Shown here piece by piece: positions 36,601-37,547 of a DNA stretch of 37,547 nt. A program made the position numbers and the translations under genes. The notes beneath the pieces are model-generated. The model was not told the origin of the DNA. It did not search any database and saw only the letters and a program-made list of their open reading frames with translations. Numbering within the stretch: the stretch's first letter is position 1; each line of letters begins with the position of its first letter. The stretch comes from an uncultured Christensenella sp. (lineage in GTDB: Bacteria; Bacillota; Clostridia; Christensenellales; UBA1242): NCBI GenBank assembly GCA_948471335.1, contig CAOKRZ010000002.1, positions 1-37,547 of the forward strand, written 5' to 3'.

Positions 36601-36842
36601 CAAGCATTGCATATCTTATGACCAATAATTCTCTTCTTCAAAATGTTGTAAGCACAACTTCACAGCCAATGGTGTTGTATAGAAGCGCAGGAAGCGCAGA
36701 CAACTGCTATTGCCCAGAAGGGATCATAAACGGGGCAAACATCGGGACAGCATTGAAAAGCGGATTGACAATAAAGATATCAGAAAATCAAAATCTTATT
36801 GTAAAATCAGTATCAGGGAAACTGATTGCTTCAATTGAGTAA
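27561..36842 (+). CDS. giant (3093 aa) cell-surface lipoprotein: Big_2-like domain, at least ten FN3/Ig-like modules, C-terminal GLUG-type beta-helix module
   Basis: A single uninterrupted ORF with SD AAGAGGAA. The signal peptide has the lipobox LLLLSS-C at Cys22. A Big_2-like segment (VAKASGQTLALAKAKGQTVASANVFV) follows. FN3-like signatures recur: LLSWDES, VTLRWEAVSGARYKI, YAWNRLSEDEEKVEYRYELY, LTLSWKSVGSGSSTTFYDLYI, FSWEAVGADF, VTWDWT, LSWVARS, LTWEDDENV, ISWASFDNATSIKYVVI, LLSWQYSGE. See the next two entries for the terminal regions. Confidence 0.9.
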   Translation: MKKYFTLFFAFICSSLLLLSSCGSQSTLKGSFKQSEYVLSLDENIDFLQGFSCKGFSISDLTLSFSNEGIVEYDQATESYVAKASGQTLALAKAKGQTVASANVFVKQHFSAVTGISLSNDGLLSWDESYVIYSGEKIVAKNYELALNDSKITVEGNTYQLDNEGVYNISIQALGSESEKVDASKASESQTFFYKVMPSLQSFMLSTSEEFNNHEVTLRWEAVSGARYKIKAGGIVLAENTIENYITFNMRNFAGGQECEVSVEVIDENGENLSNITNFSVVKLETPEMEYKLENGDGKIVFANNENARSYFGRAIDLSNTQPVQILSENNFDRKDYVETFANGLGFGVYELTVQGKGKGAYANSNVSAGLNFVKLAMPEVEYSVVDKSLILKLQKDENVNRIKVLCGEKEILWNTDNVDTLTIDISEFETGAHDVQLFALPKFDDDGAVIPVKVGNVTSSNVVNSDAKILTFYVLDEIGEVEHSLSGNLSVLSFDKVEFANSYKLTLNGQELYDFVEKDGKIVFEIEDLKNFAPIQGKYVFDISATEINGTSTKVTTSKTLTILGTVTASENQTNGGYAWNRLSEDEEKVEYRYELYQTASDFNITGLPAKVETTKECAVDGLGFGYYVIKVYSKSLDTNIYLDSDFREDTFFTEKFIVTEKIEQPEYSFIVTDDGDYTLRITKPTHATEYEVYVNDVLDGTYSSDASTIDYYFAKNDFVEAGKFIVEVVAKTTAEDGDPVLHPASDRSQIVVTKLASPKFKTALTFDGNGEKQSETISVELIDNAEKAEIFLNGVSCGEVGSVDVKDIVGSSFTLSAKFIAQEAEDKNYYIDSNETRETFTRLSRPTGMKHENGKITFESVDHEDCEKYISFITLIHKTNPAQNYTARYEFTSIPFDINTAINELAVNDNKFAQNYGNSLKNIEVVIYAYSSAEGKLSSLKATSADGEKLTLSRLEEVPVLEFDTETLTLSWKSVGSGSSTTFYDLYIDNELYREDITETSFDLSVLDFSETKKIALTANNASYLSSAQSQPLLIRRLSSVDNVRVLLGMDNKWLLNFDISSDDIGKVQEILVGDQTFTGATVSAELKEGEYLIQVKAVARQGQNIFLDSLKRKFVFSDLSQIQIASKIEDGAFSWEAVGADFVGTNEIPLSYIVKLYRGENEIKNIPTSETTLKLDEIASLAGVNLSSGDYSLEVVTALNNYSLTSVEGNAKGYFNQAQSIKLDLKKLSSVAGANVSVVDSDDARTLDKKQNAFISISFADVWQEDVNFKVQAGELDETLKAGDSIRTTDNKLLMNLALSENGQYTLLIANSLFSQNAQIDISVHSQKAISSDVSRFTLDRLSKPANVSIDKLGKLTLDKVEGVNYVVRYSIGAKFNVDLILQTNEIDLLPEFEDYYSSFSVIVLAFDESGKKLPSIDTVRIEGDRPAPVEELVVDDQGNVNMKLSGHSQVVFTIRKYDTEIDNDILLTGEDGNFSISLHKLIDLFEISRSERITLGFAVNATSQDRNVVIPSPFTDLTFNYVSTNDMSKTVDWKRGRHYGENYIIMDELDGDLETTAFEVLVKYNKFVIDEQGVASLEEFVEENVFLASEISGYWIKEINEAGITVEYFDRNYKGAKYVACYGLELGQLLINADYGKIHIEVTRIAKSKTDGLFTEYAEESVDVTKVNAPTEFKFMKDSKATVTWDWTRRFEEDDLTADSEAPLCAGYIVYITDLREGGGEQTFFVTDRMSLDIFDVLVPNVPYLISVQAVSNVDYQIGSNRPAALNANKYTSPMQVTVIDGKIVFDLASIGGGQNLDFIKYFDENRLTDDNFAANFLAETFSSLFTFNLENCSSQKIRLTFTDGTKSYSAIVNAIDLIPDLSEVELSDGRGFMESLESLITGSSSTASIQRISRFYEALLNANKGVADNQILFDSFGENVPAGNYSITASHYSDPESGRIESNGSIAKTAYVISAAGYELGVTGENNDKYYARFRPVSALFENNGTMETAYAYTMVWRKNSKVYTFDITGDSQGTWVIVARDKNYQISNCLRYENGYVVIDLSLMARLASTIGFDKDEYRVAIFANGNNFAINGKSASFDLEFLDFSSGFTFMDGQLSWVARSNASTKIVTKVEGFEDDIKLISTSANQVMTLPLTIDGNYTLITISLLGREPGDSKISVESDRYAIVNAFKLYAPSAAANENAIVFSQDPRNNMKSIQLEISNNSSQGKYVSDITTGQSYTYYPGQLSGEENATVFSGKLVGNSGVVTSSSVSNMDYQYLLTLTDSDFIFSSSAVDFAGKMLGSISQEKGIAIEDGFLTWEDDENVTLSEGSNVYYKLTVYAYANSSQTPRRYEFFTSQTRFDTALIVQEVENETFNFSVQKFALTLGSENDYDVQTVEGQYLKWGQSRYQSTDQYVLSSLLVYRNENDRKFSSVKDLKVTNGQISWASFDNATSIKYVVIDKNNNQEIAGRVTNPQSQLGRTVFTPNVNAFTGSNPHELAVYAFGSALGQAQLKSKESVLTNVYKLRTVTEQNFDLSFVSNNVYRLNLQNYFERNIIDHSNDDYVIRVKVEYNDNDSQEMILTNKKMEGYITTGDNNFSGDAIAVPSSARNLRLSFVVESAGLLYENTGVNVLNSDASQVYSLSLLEWVEGELSYNSEKALLSWQYSGEAANPQFLINITYQNSQVLSYLTYERSFAPRLIGTIVKVEVRVRNGQSALFSKESKVLEERIVLNIFEQGDGTEANPYIIKNQSQFENIALRNEQDIYFKLSNDLLLTNVSIEELRGVLDGNGHKINISVTDKELLKQVSFAEALVSGSGTNEERFEKSYALFGTIAATGAIKNLEIEFAAYVEVDCNIVLSSLAYENYGMISNCVISKIEISGTSSQSGYNYLALGGIATVNNGTIASCQNTFQGQPFSLTVSYCNFVYGSIAISNNGEISSCFNSGDISLSILSSSSSHYFAGIAISNKGRISACGNDGGVEFVPMGQLSSVYTFAAGISLRLYSEGEILNSYNNAQLSDTSNGGSASIAYLMTNNSLLQNVVSTTSQPMVLYRSAGSADNCYCPEGIINGANIGTALKSGLTIKISENQNLIVKSVSGKLIASIE
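35733..36839 (+). other. C-terminal GLUG-type module of the giant protein
   Basis: GTEANPYIIKNQSQFENIALRNEQDIYFKLSNDL...LRGVLDGNGHKINISV is followed by repeats LGGIATVNNGTIASC, YGSIAISNNGEISSC, FAGIAISNKGRISAC and FAAGISL. It has the same head-plus-repeat layout as the 5799-6695 protein. Confidence 0.65.
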
Positions 36843-36873
36843 TGAATTCGTGAAAAAGGAAATAAAATACATC

Positions 36874-37547
36874 ATGAAAAAATATCTTTTGTCATTTTGT
36901 TTAATTATCTTTGCTGCTTTTATTGGACTTTCAGGCTTCTCATTCTCGGCAAATGCAGAAGCTGAAAGGACAATTGGCGATGACTATTTTATGATAAGCC
37001 AATATGTTTTTGGAAATGGAAGCGTTGTTCAAAAATATGACTTCGCGCTCAATTCTCCGCATTTAGGAAGCCTCGGATTGACAAAAGGCGAGATTGAAGC
37101 ATACAAGGATAAACTTATAAGCAATTTCGACCATTTCAGAGAAGAGCATATCGCAAACTTCACTTTGCTTTTCATGCAAAACGAAGACAAAAAAGCTGAA
37201 TATGCAATCGGAAATGATCTTAAAATTTCAAAAACTTTGTATAGCGCAGAATATGACAATATCTCATTTTCAATCACTTTTGAGAATCAAGAAGTTTGGA
37301 AGTTTTACTCTTCTTCAAGAAGTTCTTCTTCAGAACAACCCTCCGAAGAAAAACCCGTGATTGAATTTATTTCAAAAGAAGAGGCTTCATCAAAATTTCC
37401 TTTTGCACAAGAAATAAATTACGGAAGCGAAAAAATAACTGTTGCAAGAAGATATAAAAATGCATACTTGAATGCGTTTGAAGGAAGCTCAATTTATTCT
37501 AAGTTGCAAAACTCATATAAACCAGATTTTGTTTACAACTATGCAAC
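36874..37547 (+). CDS. secreted hypothetical protein (partial; continues past the right edge)
   Basis: Hand-translated, with no stop to the end of the window. It reads MKKYLLSFCLIIFAAFIGLSGFSFSANA|EAERTIGDDYFM... with a Sec-type signal peptide and an SSSRSSSSEQPSEEKP linker. It begins 31 nt after the giant gene with no terminator between, so it is probably co-transcribed. Confidence 0.7.
   Translation, partial: MKKYLLSFCLIIFAAFIGLSGFSFSANAEAERTIGDDYFMISQYVFGNGSVVQKYDFALNSPHLGSLGLTKGEIEAYKDKLISNFDHFREEHIANFTLLFMQNEDKKAEYAIGNDLKISKTLYSAEYDNISFSITFENQEVWKFYSSSRSSSSEQPSEEKPVIEFISKEEASSKFPFAQEINYGSEKITVARRYKNAYLNAFEGSSIYSKLQNSYKPDFVYNYA

Overview
AT-rich, densely coded chromosomal segment from an endospore-forming Firmicute (yabP-yabQ are present). 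It uses the standard code (TGA serves as a stop), and SD-type RBSs and many rho-independent terminators are visible. I found no integrase, transposase, CRISPR array or rRNA, so this does not look like a classical mobile island. From about 0.5 to 15 kb lies a cell-envelope and lipid neighbourhood. It holds a stand-alone GlmU-type hexapeptide acetyltransferase translationally coupled to glmM, an LtaS-family transferase, a small GLUG-motif secreted protein, a GT4 glycosyltransferase coupled to a DUF1846/UPF0371 protein, DegV, a YitT-family protein and a DAG-kinase-like lipid kinase. These are interrupted by orphan small proteins and by three XRE-type HTH genes that share a palindromic operator motif. 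From 15 to 21 kb come a ferritin-like protein, an NrtR-type Nudix/winged-helix regulator followed by a P-loop-kinase/CYTH fusion, and a convergent P2-type (Ca2+-like) ATPase. From 21 to 37.5 kb come a 1312-aa membrane-anchored M60-like (enhancin/mucinase-type) metalloprotease with carbohydrate-binding modules, tRNA-Asn, yabP-yabQ, an RluA-family pseudouridine synthase, a 3093-aa lipoprotein built of Ig/FN3-like modules ending in a GLUG-type module, and a partial secreted protein. The best candidates for undescribed biology are the NrtR-like + P-loop-CYTH module, the giant lipoprotein/M60 surface machinery, the split GlmU, and the XRE triad. All family assignments rest on motif recognition by eye and need profile searches.
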